40,734 bases of DNA, taken from the IMG/VR virus record IMGVR_UViG_2718217713_000001, positions 1 through 40,734 of that record, one strand, 5' to 3'. Position 1 is the first letter of the stretch. Every line of letters begins with the position of its first letter. This document shows, one piece after another, positions 18,538-29,115 of this stretch. Source of the DNA: a virus. Its lineage: Duplodnaviria > Heunggongvirae > Uroviricota > Caudoviricetes. Under the pieces are notes generated by a model that had not been told where the DNA came from, did not search any database, and worked only from the letters and a program-made list of their open reading frames with translations. The position numbers were made by a program, and so were the translations under genes.

Positions 18538-18913
18538 GCTGGTTATCGCTGCATTCTTCTTTACTGTCATCGGTTCTTTCATCTGGTCTGCCAACCACTA
18601 CTACAGCAAATATCAGCACGAAAAGAAACGTGCTGATGAGGCTGTACAAAATGCCAAATCGGCAACTGTCATTACCAATAACGTCCTGCAATCACTGCAA
18701 ATCGTCAATACAGTTCTGGAGGCTAACCAGCATGCAAAACAGCAGATCACACTGGAGTCACAGAGAACCCAGGAAGATATCAAAGTGGCTGTTGCGGATG
18801 ATGATTGTGCTTCACGTCCTGTGCCTGCTGCCGCTGCTGACCGGTTGCGGAAGTACGCGAACAGTTTACGTGCCTATTCCGGCGGTACCGTTGCCAGCAA
18901 GCCTGACTACTGA
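18521..18913 (+). CDS. Rz: Rz-like inner-membrane spanin
   Basis: 130 aa, N-terminal TM helix, coiled-coil-like periplasmic part, overlaps endolysin end. Confidence 0.65.
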   Translation: MKLSYKLVIAAFFFTVIGSFIWSANHYYSKYQHEKKRADEAVQNAKSATVITNNVLQSLQIVNTVLEANQHAKQQITLESQRTQEDIKVAVADDDCASRPVPAAAADRLRKYANSLRAYSGGTVASKPDY

Positions 18914-19070
18914 AACTCCCCAGCCAGTTATTCCCGATCCTCTGACCTATGGGGCCAGCCTGGATCTGAATGTGAGCCTGCTTTCGGCGTTGGGACAATG
19001 CAATATTGACAAAGCGGGGATTAGAAGTATCGAGATGCGCCGTAACGCTTTGCTGGCAGCAGTCAAATAG
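18798..19070 (+). CDS. Rz1: Rz1-like outer-membrane lipoprotein spanin (overlapped arrangement)
   Basis: +1-frame ORF within and beyond Rz; start MMIVLHVLCLLPLLTGC has a lipobox (LLTGC); Pro-rich mature part. Confidence 0.5.
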   Translation: MMIVLHVLCLLPLLTGCGSTRTVYVPIPAVPLPASLTTETPQPVIPDPLTYGASLDLNVSLLSALGQCNIDKAGIRSIEMRRNALLAAVK

Positions 19071-19096
19071 TCCGGACAAAGAACAGGAATATATTT

Positions 19097-19447
19097 ATGC
19101 CCCCTCGAACCCCAAAAGCCTGCCGTGTTCGCGGCTGCCGCCATACCACCACTGACCCGTCAGGCTATTGCGAAAGCCACAAAAGCGAAGGCTGGAAGCA
19201 ATACAAACCTGGACAATCCCGTCATCAGCGCGGCTACGGTTCGAAGTGGGACAGTATCCGCGCGCGTGTCCTGAAGCGTGACAAAGGCCTGTGTCAGTTA
19301 TGTCTGCGTTCTGGTGTGGTGCGTGAGGCGAAAACTGTTGACCACATCATCCCTAAAGCGCATGGCGGCACTGATGCCGACTGTAATCTGCAGAGTCTGT
19401 GCTGGCCGTGTCATAAGGCGAAGACGGCCCGTGAATGGCTTAAGTGA
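19097..19447 (+). CDS. HNH endonuclease (terminase-associated)
   Basis: 116 aa with Cys pairs (CRVRGC, CQLC, CWPC) and a His-rich segment (DHIIPKAHGG); RBS AGGAA; located just before the small terminase, as in HK97-like phages. Confidence 0.8.
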   Translation: MPPRTPKACRVRGCRHTTTDPSGYCESHKSEGWKQYKPGQSRHQRGYGSKWDSIRARVLKRDKGLCQLCLRSGVVREAKTVDHIIPKAHGGTDADCNLQSLCWPCHKAKTAREWLK

Positions 19448-19572
19448 TAATAATTCTCAACTGTCTGAGGGGAGGGGCGGGTCAAATCTCTGCGGCCTGA
19501 CGTCTTCAGGACTGCCCGCCCCATCGTTTTTTTATACCCGCGAAAAATGAAATTTAACCAGGAGTGCCGCAT

Positions 19573-20067
19573 ATGGCTGGAACGGCGGGGCGTTCCGGGC
19601 GTCGCCCCAAGCCAACGGCGCGCAAGGCGCTGGCCGGAAACCCCGGCAAGCGAGCCCTGAATAAAGATGAACCTGTTTTTACGCCCATCAAAGGTGTTGA
19701 GCCACCGGAGTGGTTCGCTGAAGAAGATCTCCCTCTCGCTACGATCATGTGGCAACTGACAACCAAAGAACTCTGCGGTCAGGGCCTGCTGTGCGTGACT
19801 GACCTCGCGGTGCTTGAGCGGTGGTGCGTGGCCTACGAGTTCTGGCGACGTGCCGTGAAAAATATTGCCAGACAGGGCAATACCATCACCGGTGCAATGG
19901 GCGGTATGGTCAAAAATCCGGAGCTGACCGCCAAGAAAGAACAGGAGTCCGAGATGAGCAGCACGGGGGCAATGCTCGGACTCGACCCCAGCAGCCGCCA
20001 GCGTCTGATTGGCCTGGCGGGGCAGAAGAAAGCCACTAACCCGTTTCTGAAAATCATCGAATCATGA
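19573..20067 (+). CDS. Terminase small subunit (P27/HK97 gp1-like)
   Basis: ORF track 19564..20067; ATG at 19573 ([14 protein letters not shown]...) preceded by AGGAG; stop overlaps terL start. Confidence 0.75.
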   Translation: MAGTAGRSGRRPKPTARKALAGNPGKRALNKDEPVFTPIKGVEPPEWFAEEDLPLATIMWQLTTKELCGQGLLCVTDLAVLERWCVAYEFWRRAVKNIARQGNTITGAMGGMVKNPELTAKKEQESEMSSTGAMLGLDPSSRQRLIGLAGQKKATNPFLKIIES

Positions 20068-21797
20068 GCCGGAAATCTTACCCCAACGTAAATGCTGCCA
20101 ATCAGTATGCCCGTGATGTCGTGCGCGGAAAGATTGTGGCCTGCCAGTTTGTGATTCAGGCCTGCCAGCGCCATCTTGATGACCTGATGGCGGAAAAAAG
20201 TAAGTCGTTTCGTTACCGCTTCGACAAGGACCTGGCTGAACGGGCCGCGAAATTTATTCAGCTGTTGCCACACACCAAGGGGGAGTGGGCATTCAAGAGG
20301 ATGCCCATCACGCTGGAACCGTGGCAGCTCTTTGTGATCTGCTGTGCGTTTGGCTGGGTCAATAAAGGCTCCCGGCTGCGCCGCTTCAGGGAGGTGTATA
20401 CCGAAATCCCCCGTAAGAACGGCAAATCGGCAATCTCTGCCGGTGTTGCCCTGTATTGTTTTGCCTGTGATAACGAGTTTGGCGCGGAAGTGTATTCCGG
20501 TGCCACGACAGAGAAACAGGCGTGGGAAGTCTTTCGCCCGGCGCGACTGATGTGTAAACGCACACCCATGCTGACGGAAGCGTTCGGGATTGAGGTTAAC
20601 GCCTCAAACATGAACCGTCCGGAGGATGGCGCGCGGTTTGAACCGCTGATCGGCAACCCCGGTGATGGCTCATCACCCCACTGTGCGGTGGTGGATGAAT
20701 ATCACGAGCATGCCACCGATGCGCTTTATACCACAATGCTTACCGGGATGGGGGCGCGACGTCAGCCACTGATGTGGGCCATCACCACCGCCGGGTACAA
20801 CATTGAGGGGCCGTGCTACGACAAGCGGCGGGAAGTCATCGAGATGCTCAACGGCTCGGTGCCTAACGATGAACTGTTCGGGATCATCTATACCGTTGAT
20901 GAAGGTGACGACTGGACCGACCCGCAGGTGCTGGAAAAAGCCAATCCAAATATTGGCGTGTCGGTTTATCGCGAATTTTTGTTAAGTCAGCAGCAGCGTG
21001 CGAAAAATAACGCCCGTCTGGCAAACGTCTTTAAAACAAAACACCTCAATATCTGGGTGTCGGCGCGTTCGGCGTATTTCAACCTGGTGAGCTGGCAGAG
21101 CTGCGAGGATAAATCACTGACCCTTGAGCAGTTCGAGGGGCAGCCGTGCATTCTGGCCTTTGACCTGGCGCGTAAGCTGGATATGAACAGCATGGCGCGA
21201 CTTTATACCCGCGAGATTGACGGTAAAACGCATTACTACAGTGTGGCCCCGCGTTTCTGGGTACCGTATGACACGGTGTACAGCGTCGAGAAAAATGAAG
21301 ATCGACGGACAGCCGAACGCTTTCAGAAATGGGTGGAAATGGGCGTTCTGACCGTTACTGATGGTGCGGAGGTGGATTATCGCTACATCCTCGAGGAGGC
21401 CAAAGCGGCGAACAAAATCAGCCCGGTCAGTGAGTCACCCATCGACCCCTTCGGGGCGACCGGGTTGTCACATGACCTTGCTGATGAAGACCTGAACCCC
21501 ATCACTATCATTCAGAACTACACCAACATGTCCGACCCGATGAAAGAGCTGGAAGCGGCAATTGAATCGGGGCGCTTTCATCATGATGGCAATCCCATCA
21601 TGACCTGGTGTATCGGCAACGTGGTCGGCAAAACCATTCCGGGTAACGATGATGTGGTGAAGCCCGTCAAAGAGCAGGCGGAAAACAAAATCGATGGTGC
21701 AGTTGCGCTGATTATGGCAGTTGGCAGAGCCATGCTGTACGAGAAAGAAGACACGCTGTCTGACCACATTGAGTCCTATGGGATCCGCTCGCTTTAA
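20064..21797 (+). CDS. Terminase large subunit
   Basis: 577 aa; ATPase-like N-terminal region and nuclease C-terminal region; position between terS and portal. Confidence 0.85.
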
Positions 21798-21808
21798 CTG
21801 AGGTAATT

Positions 21809-21991
21809 ATGATCATGCTGATTCTCGCGCCTCTGGTGGGCGTGCTGGGGGCGCTTTTGCTGGCGTATGGTGCCTGGCTGATTTATCCCCCGGCGGGGTT
21901 TGTTGTTGCCGGGGCGTTGTGCCTGTTCTGGTCGTGGCTGGTGGCGCGATATCTCGACCGTACACAGTCGTCTGTCGGCGGAGGTAAATAG
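21809..21991 (+). CDS. Small membrane protein (2 TM)
   Basis: 60-aa hydrophobic ORF, RBS GAGGT, between terL and portal. Confidence 0.4.
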
Positions 21992-23232
21992 TGTTCTTTT
22001 CGGGATTATTTCAACGAAAAAGTGACGCACCGGTGACCACGCCAGCAGAGCTGGCGGATGCTATCGGGTTGTCCTACGACACCTATACCGGAAAGCAGAT
22101 CAGCAGCCAGCGGGCCATGCGACTGACGGCGGTTTTTTCCTGTGTCAGGGTGCTGGCGGAGTCGGTCGGGATGTTGCCCTGCAACCTGTATCACCTGAAC
22201 GGCAGCCTGAAGCAGAGAGCCACTGGCGAACGTCTGCATAAGCTGATCTCCACGCATCCCAATGGCTATATGACGCCGCAGGAGTTCTGGGAGCTGGTGG
22301 TCACCTGTCTGTGCCTGCGGGGAAACTTTTACGCCTACAAAGTGAAAGCATTTGGCGAAGTGGCTGAACTGCTGCCCGTCGATCCCGGCTGTGTGGTACC
22401 GAAGCTTAACAGTAGCTGGGAGCCGGTCTATCAGGTCACATTCCCGGATGGCTCCACGGATGTACTGAGCCAGGAGGATATCTGGCATGTGCGCACGCTG
22501 ACGCTGGACGGACTGGTGGGGCTGAATCCCATCGCCTATGCCCGCGAGGCAATATCGCTGGCGGCAGCGACCGAAGAGCACGGGGCCAGACTGTTCAGCA
22601 ATGGCGCGGTGACGTCGGGTGTGTTGCGTACAGAGCAGACGCTGTCAGATCAGGCTTATGAGCGCCTGAAGAAAGATTTTGAGGAGCGTCACACCGGGCT
22701 TGGCAATGCTCACCGCCCGATGATCCTTGAGATGGGGCTGGACTGGAAGTCGATGGCGCTGAACGCCGAGGACAGCCAGTTCCTGGAAACCCGCAAGTTT
22801 CAGCTTGAAGAAATCTGTCGTCTGTTCCGGGTGCCGTTGCACATGGTGCAGAACACCGATCGTGCCACCTTCAACAATATCGAAGAGCTGGGGCTGGGAT
22901 TTATCAACTATTCACTGGTGCCGTATCTGACCCGCATCGAACAGCGGATCAACACCGGACTGGTACGAAAAAGTAAGCAGGGCGTTTATTACGCCAAATT
23001 TAACGCCGGGGCGTTACTGCGCGGGGATATGAAGTCCCGTTTTGAAGCCTACGCCACCGGGATCAACTGGGGAATTTACTCTCCCAATGACTGCCGCGAC
23101 CTGGAAGATATGAATCCACGACCCGGTGGTGATGTCTATCTCACACCGATGAACATGACCACGAAACCCTCCGATGGCAGTAAAGCCGGTAAGCAGAAGG
23201 ATAACGCCAATGCAGACGAAACAACGTCTTGA
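21991..23232 (+). CDS. Portal protein (HK97 family)
   Basis: 413 aa, GTG start after GGAGGT; position and size; followed by protease and capsid genes. Confidence 0.8.
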   Translation: MFFSGLFQRKSDAPVTTPAELADAIGLSYDTYTGKQISSQRAMRLTAVFSCVRVLAESVGMLPCNLYHLNGSLKQRATGERLHKLISTHPNGYMTPQEFWELVVTCLCLRGNFYAYKVKAFGEVAELLPVDPGCVVPKLNSSWEPVYQVTFPDGSTDVLSQEDIWHVRTLTLDGLVGLNPIAYAREAISLAAATEEHGARLFSNGAVTSGVLRTEQTLSDQAYERLKKDFEERHTGLGNAHRPMILEMGLDWKSMALNAEDSQFLETRKFQLEEICRLFRVPLHMVQNTDRATFNNIEELGLGFINYSLVPYLTRIEQRINTGLVRKSKQGVYYAKFNAGALLRGDMKSRFEAYATGINWGIYSPNDCRDLEDMNPRPGGDVYLTPMNMTTKPSDGSKAGKQKDNANADETTS

Positions 23233-23860
23233 TGTACCGCTGAGTCTGAAATCTGTCAGTGACTCCGGTGAGTTTGAAGGGTATGGCTCCGTCTTTGGTG
23301 TAAAGGACAGCCACGATGATGTGGTGATGTCCGGGGCATTTGCTGCTTCCCTGCGGGCGTGGAGTGACAGAAAAGCGTTACCTGCGCTGCTCTGGCAGCA
23401 CCGCATGGATGAACCCATCGGTGTTTACACTGAAATGAAGGAAGACGATGTCGGGCTTTACGTCAGGGGGCGGTTGCTCATTGATGATGATCCCCTGGCA
23501 AAACGCGCACATGCACACATGAAGGCCGGTTCGTTAACCGGCCTTTCTATTGGGTACGTCCTGAAGGACTGGGAATACGACCGGACGAAAGAAGCCTTTC
23601 TGCTGAAAGAAATCGACCTCTGGGAAGTCAGTCTGGTGACATTCCCGTCTAACGACGAGGCGCGGATCAGCGACGTCAAGAACGCACTGGCCCGCGGGGA
23701 AATCCCCGAACAGAAAAAAATCGAAAGAGTCCTGCGTGATGTCGGACTCTCCCGTACCCAGGCCAAAGCATTCATGGCCGGGGGCTATGGCGCACTGTCC
23801 CTGCGCGACGCTGAGGATGTGGGCTCTGCACTGAATGCACTGAAAAATCTGAACTTCTAA
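23210..23860 (+). CDS. Prohead protease (HK97-type)
   Basis: ORF track 23174..23860; ATG at 23210 overlaps the portal end; gene order portal-protease-capsid. Confidence 0.75.
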   Translation: MQTKQRLDVPLSLKSVSDSGEFEGYGSVFGVKDSHDDVVMSGAFAASLRAWSDRKALPALLWQHRMDEPIGVYTEMKEDDVGLYVRGRLLIDDDPLAKRAHAHMKAGSLTGLSIGYVLKDWEYDRTKEAFLLKEIDLWEVSLVTFPSNDEARISDVKNALARGEIPEQKKIERVLRDVGLSRTQAKAFMAGGYGALSLRDAEDVGSALNALKNLNF

Positions 23861-23874
23861 TCAGGAGAAATACG

Positions 23875-25080
23875 ATGGCGGTTGATATTAAAGATGTCGA
23901 ACAGGTCGCGCAGGAGCTGCAGCAGAAGTTTGACGACTTCAAAGCAAAGAACGACAAGCGCGTGGATGCGATTGAGCAGGAAAAAGGCAAGCTTGCCGGG
24001 CAGGTGGAAACCCTGAACGGGAAACTCAGCGAGCTGGAAAATCTCAAAAGCGACCTTGAAAAAGAGCTGCTTGAGCTGAAACGTCCGGCAGGTGGAGCGC
24101 AAAATAAACTGGCCACCGAGCATAAAGAGGCGTTTGTGGGCTTCCTGCGTAAAGGCCGTGAAGACGGTCTGCGCGATCTGGAGCGTAAGGCATTGCAGGT
24201 GGGTACCGATGAAGACGGTGGCTACGCCGTGCCGGAAGAACTGGATCGCAACATTCTTAACCTGCTGAAAGATGAAGTGGTGATGCGTCAGGAAGCCACG
24301 GTGATCACCGTTGGCGGTTCCGACTACAAAAAACTGGTGAATCTGGGCGGTACGGCTTCCGGATGGGTGGGGGAAACGGATACGCGAGCCCAGACTGCCA
24401 CCTCCAGACTGGAGCTGATTGAACCTCTCATGGGGGAAATCTACGGCAACCCGCAGGCTACCCAGAAAATGCTGGACGATGCCTTCTTCAACGTGGAGGC
24501 CTGGATCAACAGCGAGCTGGCAACCGAATTTGCCGAACAGGAAGAAATTGCCTTTACCTCAGGCGATGGCACCAAGAAGCCGAAAGGGTTCCTGGCGTAT
24601 GAATCCACTGATGAAACCGACAAGGTCCGGGCGTTCGGCAAACTTCAGCATATTGTATCCGGCGAAGCGACCGCGGTGACCGCAGACGCCATTATCAAAC
24701 TGATTTACACGCTGCGTAAGGCACACCGCACTGGCGCGAAGTTCATGATGAACAACAACAGCCTGTTTGCCATCCGTCTGCTGAAAGACACCGAGGGTAA
24801 CTATCTGTGGCGTCCGGGGCTGGAACTGGGGCAGCCGTCCTCTCTGGCGGGTTACGGTATCGCTGAAAACGAACAGATGCCGGATATCGCCGCTGATGCG
24901 AAAGCCATTGCATTTGGTAACTTCAAACGGGGTTACACCATCGTTGACCGTATCGGCACCCGCATTCTGCGTGACCCGTACACCAATAAACCGTTTGTCG
25001 GTTTTTATACCACCAAACGCACCGGCGGCATGCTGGTCGATTCGCAGGCCATCAAACTGCTGAAGATTGCAGTGGCGTAA
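23875..25080 (+). CDS. Major capsid protein (HK97 fold, with N-terminal delta/scaffold domain)
   Basis: 401 aa; coiled-coil N-terminal about 100 aa then capsid domain; strong RBS AGGAG. Confidence 0.85.
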   Translation: MAVDIKDVEQVAQELQQKFDDFKAKNDKRVDAIEQEKGKLAGQVETLNGKLSELENLKSDLEKELLELKRPAGGAQNKLATEHKEAFVGFLRKGREDGLRDLERKALQVGTDEDGGYAVPEELDRNILNLLKDEVVMRQEATVITVGGSDYKKLVNLGGTASGWVGETDTRAQTATSRLELIEPLMGEIYGNPQATQKMLDDAFFNVEAWINSELATEFAEQEEIAFTSGDGTKKPKGFLAYESTDETDKVRAFGKLQHIVSGEATAVTADAIIKLIYTLRKAHRTGAKFMMNNNSLFAIRLLKDTEGNYLWRPGLELGQPSSLAGYGIAENEQMPDIAADAKAIAFGNFKRGYTIVDRIGTRILRDPYTNKPFVGFYTTKRTGGMLVDSQAIKLLKIAVA

Positions 25081-25086
25081 TCACTC

Positions 25087-25109
25087 AGGGGCGCGGAACC
25101 GCGCCCCTG
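25087..25109 (+). terminator. GC-rich stem-loop after the capsid gene (attenuator/stabiliser)
   Basis: GGGGCGCGG-AAC-CGCGCCCC hairpin followed by a short T-rich stretch. Confidence 0.4.
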
Positions 25110-25128
25110 TTCTGACGGGTGAAGAATC

Positions 25129-25329
25129 ATGATCCTGAAACAAGATCTGAAATGGTCACCGGACGGTATGCGTGTTGAGGTCATTCGGGCCGGTGAGTAT
25201 GACGACGGGGCGCTTCCTGCCCGGGTGCAGGAGATTGCACTTCAGGCCGGGTTAGCAGAGCGCGGAATCAGTGCAAAAAGCAGTAAAGCGGCAAAAGAGA
25301 AAAAAGCCACGACCAGTAAAGAGGGCTGA
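25129..25329 (+). CDS. Hypothetical small head-module protein
   Basis: 66-aa ORF after capsid gene; Lys/Ala-rich C-terminus. Confidence 0.4.
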   Translation: MILKQDLKWSPDGMRVEVIRAGEYDDGALPARVQEIALQAGLAERGISAKSSKAAKEKKATTSKEG

Positions 25330-25331
25330 GT

Positions 25332-25655
25332 ATGCTTCTGACAATGGAAGAGATTAAAGCCCAACTCCGGCTGGATGAGGATTTCGATGCTGATGACCGC
25401 CATCTGCAACTGCTGGCCTGTGCGGCACAAAAGCGGACGGAAACGTATCTGAACCGGAAGCTCTATGCACCGGATGAAACCATTCCGGACAGCGATCCGG
25501 ACGGGCTGCACCTGCCGGATGATATTCGTCTGGGGATGCTGATGCTTATCAGCCATTTTTACGAAAACCGCTCGTCGGTTACGGAAGTGGAGAAACTCGA
25601 CATGCCGCAGAGTTTTGGCTGGCTTGTCGGCCCGTACAGGTACTTTCCGCAATGA
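25332..25655 (+). CDS. Head-tail connector protein (gp6-like)
   Basis: 107 aa, position after capsid; recalled similarity to gp6-like connector family. Confidence 0.55.
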   Translation: MLLTMEEIKAQLRLDEDFDADDRHLQLLACAAQKRTETYLNRKLYAPDETIPDSDPDGLHLPDDIRLGMLMLISHFYENRSSVTEVEKLDMPQSFGWLVGPYRYFPQ

Positions 25656-26062
25656 AAATTCGTCAGGCGCAGACCAGCGCAACCTACATTCTGCCGGACC
25701 CCGGTGAACTGAATAAACGCGTCCTGATCCGCCTGCGGGTGGATATGCCCGCGGATAACTTTGGCGTGGAGCCTCAATACCCGGTTACGTTCCGGACATG
25801 GGCGAAGGTTATCCAGACCAGTGCCACCACCTGGCAGGAAACCGCGCAGACCGGGGACGCCATCACCCATTACATCACCATTCGTTACCGCCGGGGGATC
25901 ACCGCTGATTATGAGGTGGTCTGCGGTGACAGTGTGTACCGGGTGAAACGTCAGCGCGATCTGAACGGGGCGCGGCGCTTTCTGCTGCTGGAGTGTACGG
26001 AGCTGGGCGAATGCAGGCAGAGTCACGGAGGCAACAATGACGACTTCCTTTTTGCACGTTGA
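25652..26062 (+). CDS. Head closure / head-tail joining protein
   Basis: 136-aa ORF in conserved order, overlapping stop/start with neighbours. Confidence 0.5.
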   Translation: MKIRQAQTSATYILPDPGELNKRVLIRLRVDMPADNFGVEPQYPVTFRTWAKVIQTSATTWQETAQTGDAITHYITIRYRRGITADYEVVCGDSVYRVKRQRDLNGARRFLLLECTELGECRQSHGGNNDDFLFAR

Positions 26063-26543
26063 TTTTCAGCAGTCCGCGGAGATGCGCTTTAACCGCGCCC
26101 GTGTCCGGCGGGCGTTTGTCACGATTGGTCAGCGTCATATGCGTGATGCCCGTCGGCTGGTGATGCGCCGTGCGCGGTCGGCACCAGGTGAAAACCCCGG
26201 TTATCAGACCGGACGCCTGGCTCGTTCGATTGGTTACATGGTACCCAGAGCCAGTAAACATCGCCCTGGTTTTATGGCACGTATAGCCCCTAACCAGCGT
26301 AATGGAGAGGGAAACCGACGTATCACCGGTGATTTTTATCCGGCTTTTTTGTTCTATGGCGTGAGGCGAGGGGCAAAGCGTCGTCGCAGCCATCATCGTG
26401 GTGCATCCGGTGGCAGCGGCTGGCGACTGGCTCCACGTAATAACTTCATGGTGGAAACGCTTGAAAAGAACCGCAGCTGGACACGCTATTTTCTGGCGCG
26501 GGAATTGCGTAAATCACTGAAGCCGGAGCGACGACACAGATGA
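26037..26543 (+). CDS. HK97 gp10-like tail-component protein
   Basis: 168 aa, RBS GGAGG, conserved position. Confidence 0.5.
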   Translation: MTTSFLHVDFQQSAEMRFNRARVRRAFVTIGQRHMRDARRLVMRRARSAPGENPGYQTGRLARSIGYMVPRASKHRPGFMARIAPNQRNGEGNRRITGDFYPAFLFYGVRRGAKRRRSHHRGASGGSGWRLAPRNNFMVETLEKNRSWTRYFLARELRKSLKPERRHR

Positions 26544-27100
26544 AACTGACGCCTGTTATTGCTGCGCTGCGTGCCCGCTGTCCGTATTTTGAAAACCGGG
26601 TGGCAGGCGCGGCCCAGTTCAAAAATCTGCCGGAGGTCGGAAAGCTGAAGCTCCCGGCGGCATATGTGGTACCGGGTGATGACTCTCCGGGAGAAAACAA
26701 AAGCCAGACCGACTACTGGCAGGAGCTGAAAGAGGGCTTCTCCGTGGTTGTCATACTGAGTAACGGGCGTGATGAGCGCGGTCAGTTTGCCTCGTATGAT
26801 GTGGTGGACGATGTCCGGCAGATGCTCTTTAAGGCTCTGCTGGGCTGGAACCCGGAAGCGTGTGGTAACCCGATTACCTATGACGGCGGCACGCTGCTGG
26901 ATCTGAATCGTCATGAGCTGATTTATCAGTTCGATTTTTCGGTCATCAGCGAGCTGACCGAAGACGATACCCGCCAGCAGGATGACCTGAACAGTCTGGA
27001 TGAACTGCGAACGCTGGCGATTGATGTTGATTATCTCGATCCCGGTAACGGGCCTGACGGCGATATCGAACATCACACCGAAATACCCCTTCCTTCCTGA
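26540..27100 (+). CDS. Putative tail completion/terminator protein
   Basis: 186 aa, immediately upstream of the sheath module. Confidence 0.45.
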   Translation: MKLTPVIAALRARCPYFENRVAGAAQFKNLPEVGKLKLPAAYVVPGDDSPGENKSQTDYWQELKEGFSVVVILSNGRDERGQFASYDVVDDVRQMLFKALLGWNPEACGNPITYDGGTLLDLNRHELIYQFDFSVISELTEDDTRQQDDLNSLDELRTLAIDVDYLDPGNGPDGDIEHHTEIPLPS

Positions 27101-27108
27101 GGATCATC

Positions 27109-27279
27109 ATGTTTGTGAAACCTGTTAAAGGGCGGTCAGTGCCTGACCCTGCCCACGGCGACCTTTTGCCCGCCGAAGGGCGAAATGTTGATGAGAACAA
27201 CTACTGGCTGCGCCGTGAAGCAGCGGGTGATATCCGGCGCGTGAATAAAAAGGTGAACACCGATGACGATAAGCTTTAA
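27109..27279 (+). CDS. Small conserved protein upstream of tail sheath (DUF2635-like)
   Basis: 56-aa ORF not in the supplied track (below its size cut-off): MFVKPVKGRSVPDPAHGDLLPAEGRNVDENNYWLRREAAGDIRRV...; overlaps sheath start. Confidence 0.4.
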   Translation: MFVKPVKGRSVPDPAHGDLLPAEGRNVDENNYWLRREAAGDIRRVNKKVNTDDDKL

Positions 27280-28759
27280 CACCATTCCGTCGAATACGCT
27301 GGTTCCGCTGTTTTATGCGGAAATGGATAACCAGGCTGCGAATACTGCACAGGACAGCGGAGCATCGCTGCTGATTGGTCATGCCAATAACGGTGCAGAG
27401 ATTGTTGCCAACAGTCTGGTGCTGATGCCGTCGGCAGACTATGCACGCCAGATTTGTGGTGCGGGAAGTCAGCTGGCGCGTATGGTCGAGGCTTATCGCC
27501 AGACCGACCCGTTTGGTGAGCTGTATGTGATTGCCGTTCCGGAAGCCACAGGCGCGGCGGCAACGGTTAAGCTGACGGTGACCGGGGAAGCAACCGAAAG
27601 CGGCACGGTGAATGTCTATGTGGGACGTACCCGCGTGCAGGCTCCGGTGACCAACGGCGATAACGTCACGACGATTGCCAGCAGTATCCAGGATGCCATC
27701 AATGTCGTTCCGACTCTGCCGTTTACAGCTTCATCTTCGGCTGGCGTGGTCACACTGACCGCGCGTCATAAGGGGCTTTGCGGGAATGAAATTCCTGTCA
27801 GCCTCAATTACTACGGCTTCGGTGGGGGCGAAGTGCTGCCAGCGGGCGTACAGATTGCCGTGGCTACGGGGACCGCCGGAACGGGCTCTCCTGTTCTCAC
27901 CGGCGCGGTGGCTGCAATGGCGGATGAGCCGTTTGATTATATCGGCCTGCCGTTCAACGACACGGCCTCCGTTAACACGCTGGTGACCGAGATGAACGAT
28001 ACCAGTGGTCGCTGGAGCTATGCGCGTCAGCTGTATGGTCATGTGTATACGGCAAAGATCGGCACGCTGTCAGAACTGGTGACCGCAGGTGACCAGTTTA
28101 ACCAGCAGCACATTACCCTGGCGGGGTACGAAAAAGAGACCCAGACGCCTGCTGACGAGCTGGCGGCAAGCCGTACCGCCCGCGCAGCGGTGTTTATTCG
28201 CAACGATCCGGCACGTCCCACGCAGACCGGTGAGCTGGTGGGTATGCTGCCTGCGCCGAAGGGGAAACGGTTCACGATGACCGAACAACAGACCCTGCTG
28301 TCTCATGGCGTGGCAACGGCGTATGTCGAAAGCGGGGTACTGCGCATTCAGCGTGATGTCACCACGTACAGGAAAAACGCTTACGGGGTTGCGGATAACA
28401 GCTACCTCGACAGTGAGACGCTGCATACCAGCGCGTATGTACTGCGCAAACTGAAATCCGTCATTACCAGTAAGTACGGGCGTCACAAGCTTGCTAGTGA
28501 TGGTACCCGCTTTGGTCCCGGTCAGGCGATTGTCACCCCGGCGGTGATCAAAGGGGAACTGCTGGCAACCTACCGTCAGCTTGAGCGTGCGGGGATCGTG
28601 GAAAACTACGAACTTTTTAAGCAGTACCTGGTTGTGGAGCGTGATGCCAGCGATCCGAACCGCCTGAACACGCTGTTCCCGCCTGACTATGTTAACCAGT
28701 TGCGTGTCTTTGCCGTGGTTAACCAGTTCCGTCTTCAGTATTCAGAGGAGTCCGCATAA
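27263..28759 (+). CDS. Contractile tail sheath protein (Mu/SfV-like)
   Basis: 498 aa; gene order sheath-tube-chaperone-tape measure. Confidence 0.75.
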   Translation: MTISFNTIPSNTLVPLFYAEMDNQAANTAQDSGASLLIGHANNGAEIVANSLVLMPSADYARQICGAGSQLARMVEAYRQTDPFGELYVIAVPEATGAAATVKLTVTGEATESGTVNVYVGRTRVQAPVTNGDNVTTIASSIQDAINVVPTLPFTASSSAGVVTLTARHKGLCGNEIPVSLNYYGFGGGEVLPAGVQIAVATGTAGTGSPVLTGAVAAMADEPFDYIGLPFNDTASVNTLVTEMNDTSGRWSYARQLYGHVYTAKIGTLSELVTAGDQFNQQHITLAGYEKETQTPADELAASRTARAAVFIRNDPARPTQTGELVGMLPAPKGKRFTMTEQQTLLSHGVATAYVESGVLRIQRDVTTYRKNAYGVADNSYLDSETLHTSAYVLRKLKSVITSKYGRHKLASDGTRFGPGQAIVTPAVIKGELLATYRQLERAGIVENYELFKQYLVVERDASDPNRLNTLFPPDYVNQLRVFAVVNQFRLQYSEESA

Positions 28760-29115
28760 TGGCCCGTATCGGGGGAACCTGTTATTTCAAAATTGACGGT
28801 CAGCAGCTATCGCTGACCGGCGGCATTGAGGTGCCCATGAACAGGACGGTTAACGATGACATCATCGGTCTGGATGGTTCAGTGGACCGCAAGGAAACTC
28901 ACCGCGCGCCTTATGTCAAAGGAACCTTCAAGGTGCCGAAGAATTTTCCGGTGAGCAAAATCACCTCGTCTGATGAGATGACCATCACTGCCGAGCTGGC
29001 GAACGGTCAGGTCTATGTACTGTCGTCTGCCTGGCTGCACGGCGAAGCGAACCATAATGCCGAAGAAGGCACGGTTGATCTTGAGTTCCACGGTGAAGAA
29101 GGGGATTACCAGTAA
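28759..29115 (+). CDS. Tail tube protein
   Basis: 118 aa directly after sheath. Confidence 0.65.
   Translation: MARIGGTCYFKIDGQQLSLTGGIEVPMNRTVNDDIIGLDGSVDRKETHRAPYVKGTFKVPKNFPVSKITSSDEMTITAELANGQVYVLSSAWLHGEANHNAEEGTVDLEFHGEEGDYQ

Noticed and set aside
18630-18797. N-terminal 56 codons of the +1-frame ORF that contains Rz1
   Set aside because: Only the part starting at the MMIVLHVLCLLPLLTGC lipobox is consistent with an Rz1 lipoprotein; the upstream extension is an artefact of ORF calling inside Rz
20258-20656. Minus-strand 132-aa ORF and other small ORFs inside the large terminase gene
   Set aside because: Overlap a conserved coding region on the opposite strand; no RBS; spurious
22006-22581. 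Minus-strand 191-aa ORF inside the portal gene
   Set aside because: Antisense to the portal ORF, His/Gln-rich low-complexity translation; spurious
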